A DNA stretch of 64,000 bases from Nitrospirota bacterium (GTDB lineage Bacteria > Nitrospirota > UBA9217). The notes under the pieces are model-generated. The model had not been told where the DNA came from. It saw only the letters and a list, made by a program, of their open reading frames with translations, and did not search any database. Location of the stretch: the NCBI GenBank assembly GCA_029858565.1, contig JAOUEV010000001.1, positions 128,001-192,000 on the forward strand, given 5' to 3'. Position 1 is the first letter of the stretch, and each line of letters begins with the position of its first letter. Below, piece after piece: positions 36,786 through 46,571 of the stretch. The translations under genes were made by a program, and so were the position numbers.

Positions 36786-39700
36786 TCCATCTTCCTCTGG
36801 CTTACAAAGGCGCCATCGCATTTATACTGCACATCAACAGTGTTCTTTCGGTCCCCTGCTCCGGAACCCTGAAGCAGGTAGAGGATCCGCTGGGGCTGCT
36901 GGTCAACGGTGAGATCAAAGACCACGGCCCCGTTCCTGACAGCGCTGTTCCTGTTCGCCCAGAGAAGCTTCACGTCTTTGGGGAGAGGCACCGATATCCG
37001 CGCAGCGACCTGACCCGCGGCGGCGGCAACGGACAGATGGCCAGGGATGACCGTCCCACTCTCATCCGGCCGGGGGACCGAAGTGAAAATGACCGCGCGC
37101 ACCAGAAGGCTGTAAGGCGTTGACGTTCCGGCGGCCAGCGCGGAACGGATAAGGGAGAAGGGCATGACAATGAGCTTTCCGGCGCCTTCGGTAGCCGCGA
37201 GGACCGCGGGCTGATCGTTGGAGTAGACCGCGACGGCCCTGCCTTCTTTCCGCGAAGGGATAAAGGCCGGCTTGCCGAAGGGGAGGGTCCCGTTCAGGCC
37301 GAGGGGGGAATCGCCGGGGAAGGTTATGTATGCGGCATCGGCCGCAGTCGCGTACTGGAACCCGAACTGTTCGGCAAGGGAGCGGGAACGGTCATTGGAG
37401 CCGGACAGGACCACGACATGGCCGCGGCCGAGAACCGTGCGGAGCGTTTCCAGCGTGTCGAGGGTGCTGTCGATGTCGATCAGCAGGTACATGGTATAAA
37501 GTCCGGTCAAAGCCTCGCGGGAAAACGCTTCCGCCGAAGTGACGGTCTTGAGGTAAATGCCCTCCTGGGCAAAGGCTTCGCGGAGCAGCTTTTCGGAAAG
37601 AGCGCGTTCGATCGACGTGTCGCTCTCTCCGCCGGTCCAGACAAGGAGCCGCGGAAGTGGCGCTGCTATCGGCGTCACCACGACCGGTCCCCGCACGACC
37701 AGAGGCCGCTCGTCGAGGAGGACGTCGCCGCTGGTGCCCGGTTTATTCCCGATCACCGACGCCCGCAGGGAAATGGCATAGTCCCCTCCGGGAAAGTCCA
37801 CGCGGGCGATCTGATGGGTCTGTTCGCCCATGACCAGAGGCAGCTGAATGGCATGGACCCGCTGGCCGATCCCCGCGGTCCGGATCTCGAGTTTGACCGA
37901 GCCGCCGGTGAAGGGAATGGTTCCGCTATTGCGGACAGCATAGCGCACCAGGAGCGGCTGGCATGGAGATGCCACGGGGTCGGTTCCGGCGAGCGAACCT
38001 TTGACCGAAAGTGTCGGTCTGATGACCAGTCCCACGGAATCCGCCGAAAGGACCGTGCCGCTCACTTCGGTCCGCGCGTCGACCAGGTAGACGCCCTCCT
38101 GCAGCGCTCCAGAAGCCAGAGACCGGTCGAACTGCCGCATGCCGCCCGATTCGAAGGCCACCACGGGAACAGACTCGGTGGAAACCGCTTTGCCCGACGG
38201 ATCGCTGATATGGAGCGTAAGGTTCAGCAGGGGGATGGTCCGTGCCGTGAAGTTGGCGACCGCGACCTGGTAATTGATCTCGTCGTCTGCGGCAAAGGAT
38301 TCCTGCCGGGGTATGACCTCCAGAAGAACATCGGGGATCTCGAGCGCCAGGGCGAACTGGTTGTTGCTTTTGTCGGTCTCCAGGACAGCATTCTCGCTGT
38401 CCACGGCGGCCGTGAGCGAACGGGCACCCGCTTTTCCCGCGAGTTTCCAGGGTACAACAATGACATGCTGGCTTCCCGGTTCGAGCGGCGGGACCTCAAA
38501 GTGCGTGATGCGCTGTCCCCCTTTGCCCGGATCGCCTTCGTAGAGCGAGGCCCTGGCCTTGCCCGAAGGCACTTTGCCGCGGTTCGCGACGCCGACACCG
38601 ATCTCCATGAAAGGCGCTTTTATCGCCGAGACCTGGATGGTCGCGATCAGGTCCGGAAGCCGGGCGCCGAAGGTGATTGCTGCTTCGCGGCTGTCTCCGG
38701 GTCCGCTGGAGGAAAGCGCGGCGCCGATGCGGTGCACGCCCTGGGTCATCCGGCCGGGGGTGAACGATATCTTTGCGATCCCGGGTTTCGGGAACTTCTC
38801 CCGCTGCACCCGCTTGCCGTCGACCAGGAGTTCCAGTGCCGCTCTGGTCCTGATGTAGGCTGTCGCGGACATGACGATAGGGCCGCGTGCCTCGTAATAG
38901 ACCGGCCTGTCCGTTGAGAGCGCCAGGATCGCAGCCTCGCCTGCATCGATGAACAGCTGGCCGGAGGAAAGATCCCTCGGCTCATCAGGGAAACCGGGAC
39001 CCTCGGGAAGAACCGCCGCGATATTATAGCGGAGGCGCCAGATACCGGCGCGGTCCATTGCCGCGGGGAGCGCAAGGGAAAGGTCATTGGGGCCGGAGGT
39101 CAGGTTGATCGACCTTGTCTGTTCAGCCCGCTGCCGGCCCGCGGGATCAATGAGCCGAAGCCGGATGACCGCCGGGAGCCCGGCGGAGGACTCGACGCGG
39201 AGGACGGCCTGTGCCTGCGGCCCTGCGCCTGCTTCCCAGCGGATGTCGGTGCACCGCGCCTCCGCGCCGATGATCGCGACAGAGAGCGTTCCCTCGCGGC
39301 GGCCGCCGGTCCGGGTGAGAAAAGCCCAGGACAGGGGGTACAAGCCCGAAGGAAGGCCTTCGGGGATAATGATCTCAAAGCTCCGGTTTGAGCTGATATG
39401 CTCGCTCATTTCCGTTCCCAGGGCGCTGAAGGAAAAGGCGCCGAGCCCCAATCCCGTTGCAGAGATCCGGGCCTTTTGTCCGGGCGCATACCAGGGACGG
39501 TCAAAGGAGACATTGCCGCCAGTCGCTGTTCCGGGATCCACGGCGCCCCTGGCCAGTGATCTGCCGCTGGCGTGGTAGACCGCGTACACGACCGGCGACG
39601 GGTCTGCGGCGCCGTCCATATCAAAGACAACCTCGGTCCGCTCTCCGGTCAACTGGAAATATCTTTCCTGCCCGGCTGCGCGTGCAATAAGGTCTGCGGC

Positions 39701-40984
39701 GGCTGTTGTTGCCCCCGTCCTTCTGATGTCCAGAAGAAGCCGGAGGCCGCCGCGCTGCGCGGTCACGGACGGCTGCACGGAGATGCCGAGGGGCGCTGCG
39801 GGGTAGGGTTTTGCCTGGGGAGGCACCGTGGACAGCGCTGCACGCGAGGTCACTGCGAACCATCCTTCCGATGACTCGCTCAAGGGGGAAAGGACCCGCT
39901 TCCCGTCGTGCAGGCGGTACTGGAGATGATAGATCCCCGGTTCGGCGTCGCGGGGGAACGTGGCGGAATAGGACAGAAGCGCGGTCTGTCCCGCTGCAAC
40001 GTTAAGGTGGAAGATGGCCTCATCGCGGCGTCTGTCCGGTGAAGGGCCGACGATCCGCACGCCGACGATCTCAGCAGTGCCGGCTTCAGGACCGCTTATC
40101 CTGAGGGTTGCGGCCACCGGTTCCCCGGGAACCGCGGTCCGCACCTTACCTCCCGCTTTTGCCCAGAGCACCAGATCGCGCACCAGTTCCTGCTCTTCAG
40201 CATGGAGCTGGCCACGGGCAGCGGAGTAATCGCTCATGAGCGTCGTGGCCGCGACCCATCCTTTTCCCAGGGGATAGACGATCAGGGTGGCGCGGCCGTC
40301 GGGACGGGCCAGCAGGACCTGCCCTTCTTCAGGGTAACCGGTCAGATAGCCGTCGGTCTCCAGCGCAGGCGATGTCCTTCGCTGCGATGCCAGTGCCGGG
40401 TGGGATGCACGGAGCAGCGATGCCCTGAACAGCGATCCGCTGTCCTCGGCCCAGCCCACGCCGGTGATCCCGGTCGTAGCGTTTTCCGGGACCGGCAGGC
40501 TGGCGAAGTCCGCGCCGGTCTGCTGGGTGAAGCAGATCACCACGCCCCCGGAGCGAACATACTCGGCGAGACCCGCCTGAAAGTACCGTGATGCGCGCAG
40601 TCCTGCCAGGCCGCCCGAGGGAATGAGCAGGACCGGTTTGTGGGAGGCCAGTCCCGCGACGTCGCCGGGTTCCACGAACAGCAAGGATTCCCGGAACCCG
40701 GCCAGCATCCCGGGCCAGGGCGCGGAGAGCCCGTTCCGCAGAACAGCGATATCCGGGCCTGCCTTGATCTCCTCCGCAAGGGTCTGGTCGATAATGCCCT
40801 TGCGAAAGCCGGTCCGCAGGGACCACGAGGGCTCGGGTTCCGGCTGCTGAAGCGCGGGAGCGACGCCCATCCACGGTCCGCCGGGGTGGTCAGCGAGCGA
40901 AAGGGGGTCCTGGGCCGGAGCGGAAGAAGGCACTCCCGTCAGGAGCGAGACAAAGAGTATGACGATGATCGAGATGCGATTCAT
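36782..40984 (-). CDS. Large exported multidomain protein with CARDB/Ig-like domains
   Basis: Signal peptide MNRISII...APA; CARDB pattern LPDL...NRG...LYEGDP...VDSENAVLETDKSNN; ~1400 aa. Confidence 0.8.
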   Translation of the reverse strand: MNRISIIVILFVSLLTGVPSSAPAQDPLSLADHPGGPWMGVAPALQQPEPEPSWSLRTGFRKGIIDQTLAEEIKAGPDIAVLRNGLSAPWPGMLAGFRESLLFVEPGDVAGLASHKPVLLIPSGGLAGLRASRYFQAGLAEYVRSGGVVICFTQQTGADFASLPVPENATTGITGVGWAEDSGSLFRASLLRASHPALASQRRTSPALETDGYLTGYPEEGQVLLARPDGRATLIVYPLGKGWVAATTLMSDYSAARGQLHAEEQELVRDLVLWAKAGGKVRTAVPGEPVAATLRISGPEAGTAEIVGVRIVGPSPDRRRDEAIFHLNVAAGQTALLSYSATFPRDAEPGIYHLQYRLHDGKRVLSPLSESSEGWFAVTSRAALSTVPPQAKPYPAAPLGISVQPSVTAQRGGLRLLLDIRRTGATTAAADLIARAAGQERYFQLTGERTEVVFDMDGAADPSPVVYAVYHASGRSLARGAVDPGTATGGNVSFDRPWYAPGQKARISATGLGLGAFSFSALGTEMSEHISSNRSFEIIIPEGLPSGLYPLSWAFLTRTGGRREGTLSVAIIGAEARCTDIRWEAGAGPQAQAVLRVESSAGLPAVIRLRLIDPAGRQRAEQTRSINLTSGPNDLSLALPAAMDRAGIWRLRYNIAAVLPEGPGFPDEPRDLSSGQLFIDAGEAAILALSTDRPVYYEARGPIVMSATAYIRTRAALELLVDGKRVQREKFPKPGIAKISFTPGRMTQGVHRIGAALSSSGPGDSREAAITFGARLPDLIATIQVSAIKAPFMEIGVGVANRGKVPSGKARASLYEGDPGKGGQRITHFEVPPLEPGSQHVIVVPWKLAGKAGARSLTAAVDSENAVLETDKSNNQFALALEIPDVLLEVIPRQESFAADDEINYQVAVANFTARTIPLLNLTLHISDPSGKAVSTESVPVVAFESGGMRQFDRSLASGALQEGVYLVDARTEVSGTVLSADSVGLVIRPTLSVKGSLAGTDPVASPCQPLLVRYAVRNSGTIPFTGGSVKLEIRTAGIGQRVHAIQLPLVMGEQTHQIARVDFPGGDYAISLRASVIGNKPGTSGDVLLDERPLVVRGPVVVTPIAAPLPRLLVWTGGESDTSIERALSEKLLREAFAQEGIYLKTVTSAEAFSREALTGLYTMYLLIDIDSTLDTLETLRTVLGRGHVVVLSGSNDRSRSLAEQFGFQYATAADAAYITFPGDSPLGLNGTLPFGKPAFIPSRKEGRAVAVYSNDQPAVLAATEGAGKLIVMPFSLIRSALAAGTSTPYSLLVRAVIFTSVPRPDESGTVIPGHLSVAAAAGQVAARISVPLPKDVKLLWANRNSAVRNGAVVFDLTVDQQPQRILYLLQGSGAGDRKNTVDVQYKCDGAFVSQRKME

Positions 40985-41104
40985 AGGAATTATCAGGCCG
41001 TGAGATGGATGCCCTGAGACGTGAAATGGCAGAGGTGAGACGCGATTTTCCGGACGACCCGGCGATTTTCTCCTCACGCCTGACGTCTTGCCTTTCCGGT
41101 GGCG

Positions 41105-42823
41105 CTACTCAATGAACGTGACCCGGTTGATCTCCTTGAGCGTGGTATCTCCGGCCAGGACCTTTGTGACGGCGGACTGGCGCAGGGTGGTCATGCCTTC
41201 GGCAATGGCGATCTTTCTGATCTCCGAGGACGGCCGTTTCTCAAGGATCATCTCACGGATGCGGTCCGAGAGGTCGAGGAATTCGGTGATAGCTTTCCGT
41301 CCGCGGAAGCCCGTGTAGTTGCATTCTTTGCAGCCCGCGGCGTCGAAAAACTCATGGTCACGATAGCGTTCGAACTCCAGGGCCGAGTCTTCAAGGTCCT
41401 TCCGCGCCAGGGTTACCTTCTTTTTGCAGCGCGGACAGAGCATGCGGACCAGGCGCTGGGCCAGGATGCAGTTCAGCGCGGAAACGAAGTTGTACGGCTC
41501 GATGCCCATGTTCAGGAAGCGGCCGAGCACATCAAAGGCATTGTTCGCGTGGACCGTGGTGAACACGAGGTGGCCGGTCAGCGCCGACTGGACGGCGATC
41601 TGGGCGGTCTCGGCGTCGCGGATCTCGCCGACAAGGATCTTGTCCGGGTCGTGGCGCAGGATCGACCGGAGGCCGCGCGCAAAGGTGAGGCCCTTCTTCT
41701 CGTTCACCGGGATCTGGACCACGCCGCGGAGCTGGTATTCAACCGGATCCTCGATGGTGATGATCTTGTCCTCGCCCGTGTTGATCTCCGTGAGCGCCGC
41801 GTAGAGCGTGGTCGTCTTGCCGCTGCCCGTGGGTCCGGTGACGAGCACCATGCCATAGGGTTCCCGAATGCTCTTCCGGAACCGCTTGAGATCGTTCTCA
41901 TCGTGTCCCAGGCTTTCGAGCTTGAGGGTGCTCACGCCGGCGGTGATGGATTCCTTGTCCAGGATGCGGATCACGATGTCCTCGCCGAAGGACGAGGGCA
42001 TGATCGAGACGCGGAAGTCGATCGTCTTGCCGGCGGTTCGGAGCTTGAACCGACCGTCCTGGGGCACGCGGCGTTCGGCGATGTCCAGATCGCTCATGAC
42101 CTTGATGCGCGACACGATTGCGCTGTGATACGCCATGTCAATGGGCTCGGTCGCCGGGTAGAGGACGCCGTCGATGCGGTACTTGATGATGACGTTCTTG
42201 TCCGTGGCCTCGATATGGATGTCGCTGGCCCTGCGCTGGATGGCGTCGAAGACCGTGGTATGGACCAGCTTGATGATGGGGCTCTCGTCCTTGTCGATGG
42301 TTTCGAGCGACAGGACCTCCTCGCCGTCCTCCTGCTCCTTCACGATCTGGAACTTGAAGTCCTCGGACATCTCGTGGAGCACCCGCTCCGACGTGCCGCT
42401 CCGTTTGAGCGTGTCATCGATCGCCGACGGAGAGCTGACACACACCTCGATCTGGCGCTGGAGCAGCATCTCCAGTTCGTCGATGGCCGGGATATTGTTC
42501 GGGTCCGCCATGGTGATCACCAGCGTCTCGCCCGAGTCCTCCAAGGGCACGAACTGGTAGCGCTGCATCACGTCCACGGAGATCAGCTCGTTGAACTTGG
42601 GATTGATGCGGAAATCCGTGAGGTCAACGTACCGGAGATCGCGCTGCTCGGCAAGGGACTGCGCGAGCATCTCCTCGGTGATCAGTCCTTCGGCAAGGAG
42701 GATCTCGCCGATGCGCTTCTGGCGGTTGTCCGACTTTGCCAGGGTCTCGTCGATGCGGGCGGCGCTGACGACCCCTTTTGCGGCGAGGATCTCGCCCAAC
42801 CTTCTCCTGCGGAACGACGTCAT
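41105..42823 (-). CDS. GspE/PilB-family secretion ATPase
   Basis: N-terminal RLGEIL MshEN-like motif; ASDIHIE, GPTGSGKTT, TIEDPVE, LRHDPD, Cys4. Confidence 0.95.
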   Translation of the reverse strand: MTSFRRRRLGEILAAKGVVSAARIDETLAKSDNRQKRIGEILLAEGLITEEMLAQSLAEQRDLRYVDLTDFRINPKFNELISVDVMQRYQFVPLEDSGETLVITMADPNNIPAIDELEMLLQRQIEVCVSSPSAIDDTLKRSGTSERVLHEMSEDFKFQIVKEQEDGEEVLSLETIDKDESPIIKLVHTTVFDAIQRRASDIHIEATDKNVIIKYRIDGVLYPATEPIDMAYHSAIVSRIKVMSDLDIAERRVPQDGRFKLRTAGKTIDFRVSIMPSSFGEDIVIRILDKESITAGVSTLKLESLGHDENDLKRFRKSIREPYGMVLVTGPTGSGKTTTLYAALTEINTGEDKIITIEDPVEYQLRGVVQIPVNEKKGLTFARGLRSILRHDPDKILVGEIRDAETAQIAVQSALTGHLVFTTVHANNAFDVLGRFLNMGIEPYNFVSALNCILAQRLVRMLCPRCKKKVTLARKDLEDSALEFERYRDHEFFDAAGCKECNYTGFRGRKAITEFLDLSDRIREMILEKRPSSEIRKIAIAEGMTTLRQSAVTKVLAGDTTLKEINRVTFIE

Positions 42824-44010
42824 TTTATTCTCGCCCCCATTTCGAAGATCGGCAGATAAAGAGCCACCACGATCACGGCGATCACGACGCCCATGGTAAG
42901 CATGAGCACCGGTTCGATCATGGTCGTGAGCATGGTGAGGCGGCTCTCGACCTCCTGTTCATAGAAATCCGATACATCCTCGAGCATCTGCGGCAGGTCG
43001 CCTGACGATTCCCCCACCTCGATCATGCGCACGGTCATGTCCGGCGCCAGCCTGGTGCGCTCAAAGGAGTTGGCCAGGCCGACGCCCTCGGTCAGGAGCT
43101 GGCGTGACTCCCGCAGACGAAGCGCGATAACTCGGTTCGCCACCACGCCTGCCGTGGTGTCCAGCGCCTGGACCAGCGGAATGCCCCCCCGGAGCAGCGT
43201 GGCCAGGGTCCGCGTGAGCTGGGCAAGGATATACTGCATCAGGAGCGACCGCACGAGGGGAATGGCGAGGACAAGCCGGTCGACGGACATCCGTCCCTGA
43301 TCCGTGCGGTACCACAGGCGAAGCCCGATGCCGCCGCCGACGATCAACAGCGCCAGGAAGGGCGCCAGAGCGGACAGCGTGTCAGCGAACCCGATCATCA
43401 GGGTGGTGAGGAACGGGAGCTTGCCGCCCTGGTCGCTGTACATCTGGGTGAAGTTGGGGATGATATACAGGAAAAAGAGCATGATCACCGCGAAGAGCGC
43501 GAGGACCAGAAAAACAGGATATGCCAGCGCCGTGACAAGCTTCCGCTGGACCGCCAGCATCCGTTTCTGATAGGTGATATATCGGGTCAGCACGTCGACC
43601 AGTGCGCCGCTCTGCTCTCCCGATCGGACCGTCGCGGTGAACAGCGGCGGAAAGAACAGCGGATGCGCGGCCATGGCGTCGGAAAGCGCGGTTCCGCCGC
43701 GGACGGCATCGATAATGCCTGCCAGCGCAGATCTGAGCCCCGGCTGCTCCATGCGGCGGTGCAGGATCTCAAGGGCCTGCAGTATCGGCAGGCCTGCTTT
43801 CACCAGGGTCATCAGTTCCTGGTTGAAGATCAGGAAGTCCTTCTGGCTGGCCCTGCCGCCGGACATGCCGGTCTTCTTTTTCTGCAGGCTCAGCACCAGG
43901 AGACCACGCGCTTCAAGAAGCAGGCGCGCTTCTGAAGCCGTAGGCGCCGTCAATTCGTCGGATAGCGACGTGCCGTCCTCGCGGACCGCTTTATAGGTGA
44001 ATTGAGGCAT
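42820..44010 (-). CDS. GspF/PilC-family inner-membrane platform protein
   Basis: AGLPILQAL, GEQSG.L, ALAYP, VGESSGDL..ML, IEP...LYLPIF. Confidence 0.94.
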   Translation of the reverse strand: MPQFTYKAVREDGTSLSDELTAPTASEARLLLEARGLLVLSLQKKKTGMSGGRASQKDFLIFNQELMTLVKAGLPILQALEILHRRMEQPGLRSALAGIIDAVRGGTALSDAMAAHPLFFPPLFTATVRSGEQSGALVDVLTRYITYQKRMLAVQRKLVTALAYPVFLVLALFAVIMLFFLYIIPNFTQMYSDQGGKLPFLTTLMIGFADTLSALAPFLALLIVGGGIGLRLWYRTDQGRMSVDRLVLAIPLVRSLLMQYILAQLTRTLATLLRGGIPLVQALDTTAGVVANRVIALRLRESRQLLTEGVGLANSFERTRLAPDMTVRMIEVGESSGDLPQMLEDVSDFYEQEVESRLTMLTTMIEPVLMLTMGVVIAVIVVALYLPIFEMGARIK

Positions 44011-44018
44011 ACGTATGG

Positions 44019-44047
44019 ATAATACAGATAAATCAAGGGGATGTCAA
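44019..44047 (-). promoter_or_regulatory. sigma70 promoter for the gspF-like gene
   Basis: TTGACA-17-TATTAT on the minus strand, 8 nt before ATG. Confidence 0.75.
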
Positions 44048-44847
44048 TTGACCTGGCAAATGACATCCCACGCGCCCACGATCAATTCCTTGGAAAGGTC
44101 CCGCGATCTCGATGACAGCGGCGCAATGTTCCAGGTCCACGATTCGTCGGGTTCCGGCAGGACCAGGCCTCCGATCGTGGATCCCCTGCTGATGATCGCT
44201 CCCGAACCGTCGCGCTTGATGAAACCATGGTCAGCGATGAGGCAGACCGGGCAGGAAAGGGATCGTAATGACGCGTAGTGGGCTTCGGTGATCCTGCCGC
44301 ACCACTCATCCACGCGATCAGGGGCAAGCCGGCGCATGCGCTGCGACGCGAAGGTCCGAGGGATGACCCAGAGCTGTGACAGGATGTTCAGGGAGACAAC
44401 GAGGCCGGCGTCCTGCTCGTCATCAGGACGGGAAAACAGCGGCTCGGGCAGTTCGCTCAAGCCCTGCACACCGTTCCTGTACAGCTGTTCCGCAACTCCG
44501 GTGACATCATGCTCCGCAAAGGTCACATTGGCGTAGCGCTTCAGTTCCTTCCTTGTCCCCGGAAGGCAGACCACGTCCTTCAGCGCCACTTCCCGGAACA
44601 TTGCGGAGAGCGCCGCAAGCGGCAGGTCAAGCAGGAGACCGGAGCCGAGGATGACAACCTTGCCGTTGTCCTGACATCGCCTGGCAGCGGACAGGATGAA
44701 CTGCTGCGTTGCGTCAAGATGGGGCTGCCATGCCTGCTGGTTCGCCCGGGCCCGTGTGCGCATGTCGATCGTCTCGCTGAGGTAGCCCATGTTGCGGACA
44801 TAGGGCGAGCAGGCGGTCGTGAGAGATGTGTAGAGGTCGAAAAGCAT
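44044..44847 (-). CDS. Hypothetical protein, SAM-methyltransferase-like fold
   Basis: VVILGSGLLLDLP, EHDVTG, VVSLNILSQL. Confidence 0.65.
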   Translation of the reverse strand: MLFDLYTSLTTACSPYVRNMGYLSETIDMRTRARANQQAWQPHLDATQQFILSAARRCQDNGKVVILGSGLLLDLPLAALSAMFREVALKDVVCLPGTRKELKRYANVTFAEHDVTGVAEQLYRNGVQGLSELPEPLFSRPDDEQDAGLVVSLNILSQLWVIPRTFASQRMRRLAPDRVDEWCGRITEAHYASLRSLSCPVCLIADHGFIKRDGSGAIISRGSTIGGLVLPEPDESWTWNIAPLSSRSRDLSKELIVGAWDVICQVN

Positions 44848-44932
44848 GGGAGTGCAGAATTAGCTGGATCCTGACCCAGAGAAACTGGAAATATCATCTC
44901 TGACCCGCCAGGGCCGAGAGGGACTCGTGCTA

Positions 44933-45199
44933 TTATTGCTGCGTTTTACTATGGGTAGTGTCTTTTAACGAGCTTCTCATGAAGGATAAACTCGTGAGGC
45001 TAAATATAATGCCGGCCACATATTTCGTCCATCCATCGCTGGAAAAAGGCAAGCCTATTAACTTATTCAAGTCATCTAGAAGAGTAAAACCACCCAACGT
45101 AATGAGAAAATATATTATGACGAATTCGAGAGGATGGTTGCGGAGCAAGTAGCCGTATTTATTTTCGGTTAATGCATTGCGTGTATGCTGGTCTTTCAT
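44933..45199 (-). CDS. Small membrane protein
   Basis: Two hydrophobic segments; AT-rich; start at MKDQ. Confidence 0.5.
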   Translation of the reverse strand: MKDQHTRNALTENKYGYLLRNHPLEFVIIYFLITLGGFTLLDDLNKLIGLPFSSDGWTKYVAGIIFSLTSLSFMRSSLKDTTHSKTQQ

Positions 45200-45262
45200 G
45201 CGAGGTAGTCCCCTGTGCACTCCCACGTAATTAATCAGTAGATTACATAAGAAATCCTATTG

Positions 45263-45354
45263 TGTCATTGCGAGGAGCGTTTTTATCGACGCGGCAATCT
45301 CGTAGTTTTTGATTTTATGAAATACGAGTTTGCTTCGCTGTGCTCGCAAAGACA
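45263..45354. repeat. GTCATTGCGAG...CTCGCAA(A)GAC palindromic element
   Basis: TGTCATTGCGAGGAGC...GCAATCTC...GAGTTTGCTTCG...CTCGCAAAGACA nested inverted repeats. Confidence 0.75.
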
Positions 45355-45402
45355 GGAAAAAGACTTTTTCAGTGACCTGTTTGTGCAATCCAACTAAACG
45401 TA

Positions 45403-46446
45403 CTATCTCAGGCTTTTCCAGTATTTTTTCTGATGAGCAATGGCTGTTTCTATGACCTTCGATGCTTTTGGCGCGTCAGGATCAGACAGGGTCCAGCGGG
45501 GGCCGGTCATGGCCTGCAGCACGGAGCGGACGCCTTCGGTCAGTCCTTCAGGGTTGTAGCCGCCTTCCAGCGTGATCAGCACCCTGCCGCCGCATGCGGC
45601 ATCGGCAATCTCCCGCGCGATCGTAGCGAGGTTTCCAAACCCGTTGCCGGTCACTTGCATCCCGCCCAGGGGGTCCTTGACATAGGGATCGAATCCGGCT
45701 GACACAAGCACCAGCTGGGGCTTGTACTCCAGCGCGATCGGTCTCAGGATCCGGGAATAGACGGAGATATATTCTTCATCGCCGAACCCGGCGGGAAAGG
45801 GGGTGTTCACGGTGAACCCTTCGCCGCTTCCGCCGCCGACCTCATCGAATCTGCCGCTGCCGGGGTAATGGGGATACTGGTGGGAAGAGAAGAACAGGAT
45901 GTCGGAGCGGTCATAAAAGGCATGCTGCGTGCCGTTGCCGTGATGCAGGTCCCAATCGATGATCAGGACGCGCTGCAGTCCGTGTTTTTGAACAGCGTAT
46001 TCCGCCGCGATCGCGATATTGTTGAACAGGCAGAAGCCCATGGCGCGGTCCTGTTCTGCGTGGTGGCCCGGAGGACGGACGAAGGCAAAGACCGAAGACG
46101 GAGAGACGAGCGACGAGGGACGAGAGACGAGAACGTCAACTGCCTGGAGCAGGCCGCCGGCCGCGAGGCGGGCGATCTGATAGGAGCGGCTGGAGAGGCC
46201 GGTGTCGGGATCGAGCTGGGTGAAGGTCTTTCCGTCGGTCTCCGCGACCCGCTGGATATAGAAGGGATCGTGCACCAGGGCGAGCTCGTTCTCCGTCGCC
46301 AGCCGGGGCTCGATCCGGGGGAGGTCCTTGAACTCCTGATCGATCAGGCGGTGGATGATCCTGAGGCGGTCCGGGCTCTCGGGATGAAAATCCCCGGGCT
46401 GGTGGTCAAGGTACCGTTCATCCTTGATGATCGCAAGAGTGGTCAT
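45403..46446 (-). CDS. Histone deacetylase-family (Zn-dependent) amidohydrolase
   Basis: HPESPDR, RPPGHHA, GFCLFNN, DWDLHHGNGTQ, SAGFD, LEGGY. Confidence 0.95.
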   Translation of the reverse strand: MTTLAIIKDERYLDHQPGDFHPESPDRLRIIHRLIDQEFKDLPRIEPRLATENELALVHDPFYIQRVAETDGKTFTQLDPDTGLSSRSYQIARLAAGGLLQAVDVLVSRPSSLVSPSSVFAFVRPPGHHAEQDRAMGFCLFNNIAIAAEYAVQKHGLQRVLIIDWDLHHGNGTQHAFYDRSDILFFSSHQYPHYPGSGRFDEVGGGSGEGFTVNTPFPAGFGDEEYISVYSRILRPIALEYKPQLVLVSAGFDPYVKDPLGGMQVTGNGFGNLATIAREIADAACGGRVLITLEGGYNPEGLTEGVRSVLQAMTGPRWTLSDPDAPKASKVIETAIAHQKKYWKSLR

Positions 46447-46458
46447 AGAGCAGAAAAG

Positions 46459-46538
46459 GAGATGCGGTGACGCGGTGACGCGGAGAACACTACGCTAACC
46501 GATACTAATGTCTCACCATGTCTCCCTGTCTCCGTGTC
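46459..46538. repeat. GACGCGGT/GACACGGA-type 8-mer inverted element
   Basis: GATGCGGT GACGCGGT GACGCGGAGA ... TCTCACCATGTCTCCCTGTCTCCGTGTC. Confidence 0.7.
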
Positions 46539-46571
46539 GTTGTTGCTTCATGATGTCGTTTTGTCAGTCTC

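Noticed and set aside
37418-42859. 499-aa and 586-aa plus-strand ORFs
   Set aside because: Antisense shadows of the CARDB protein and the GspE ATPase.
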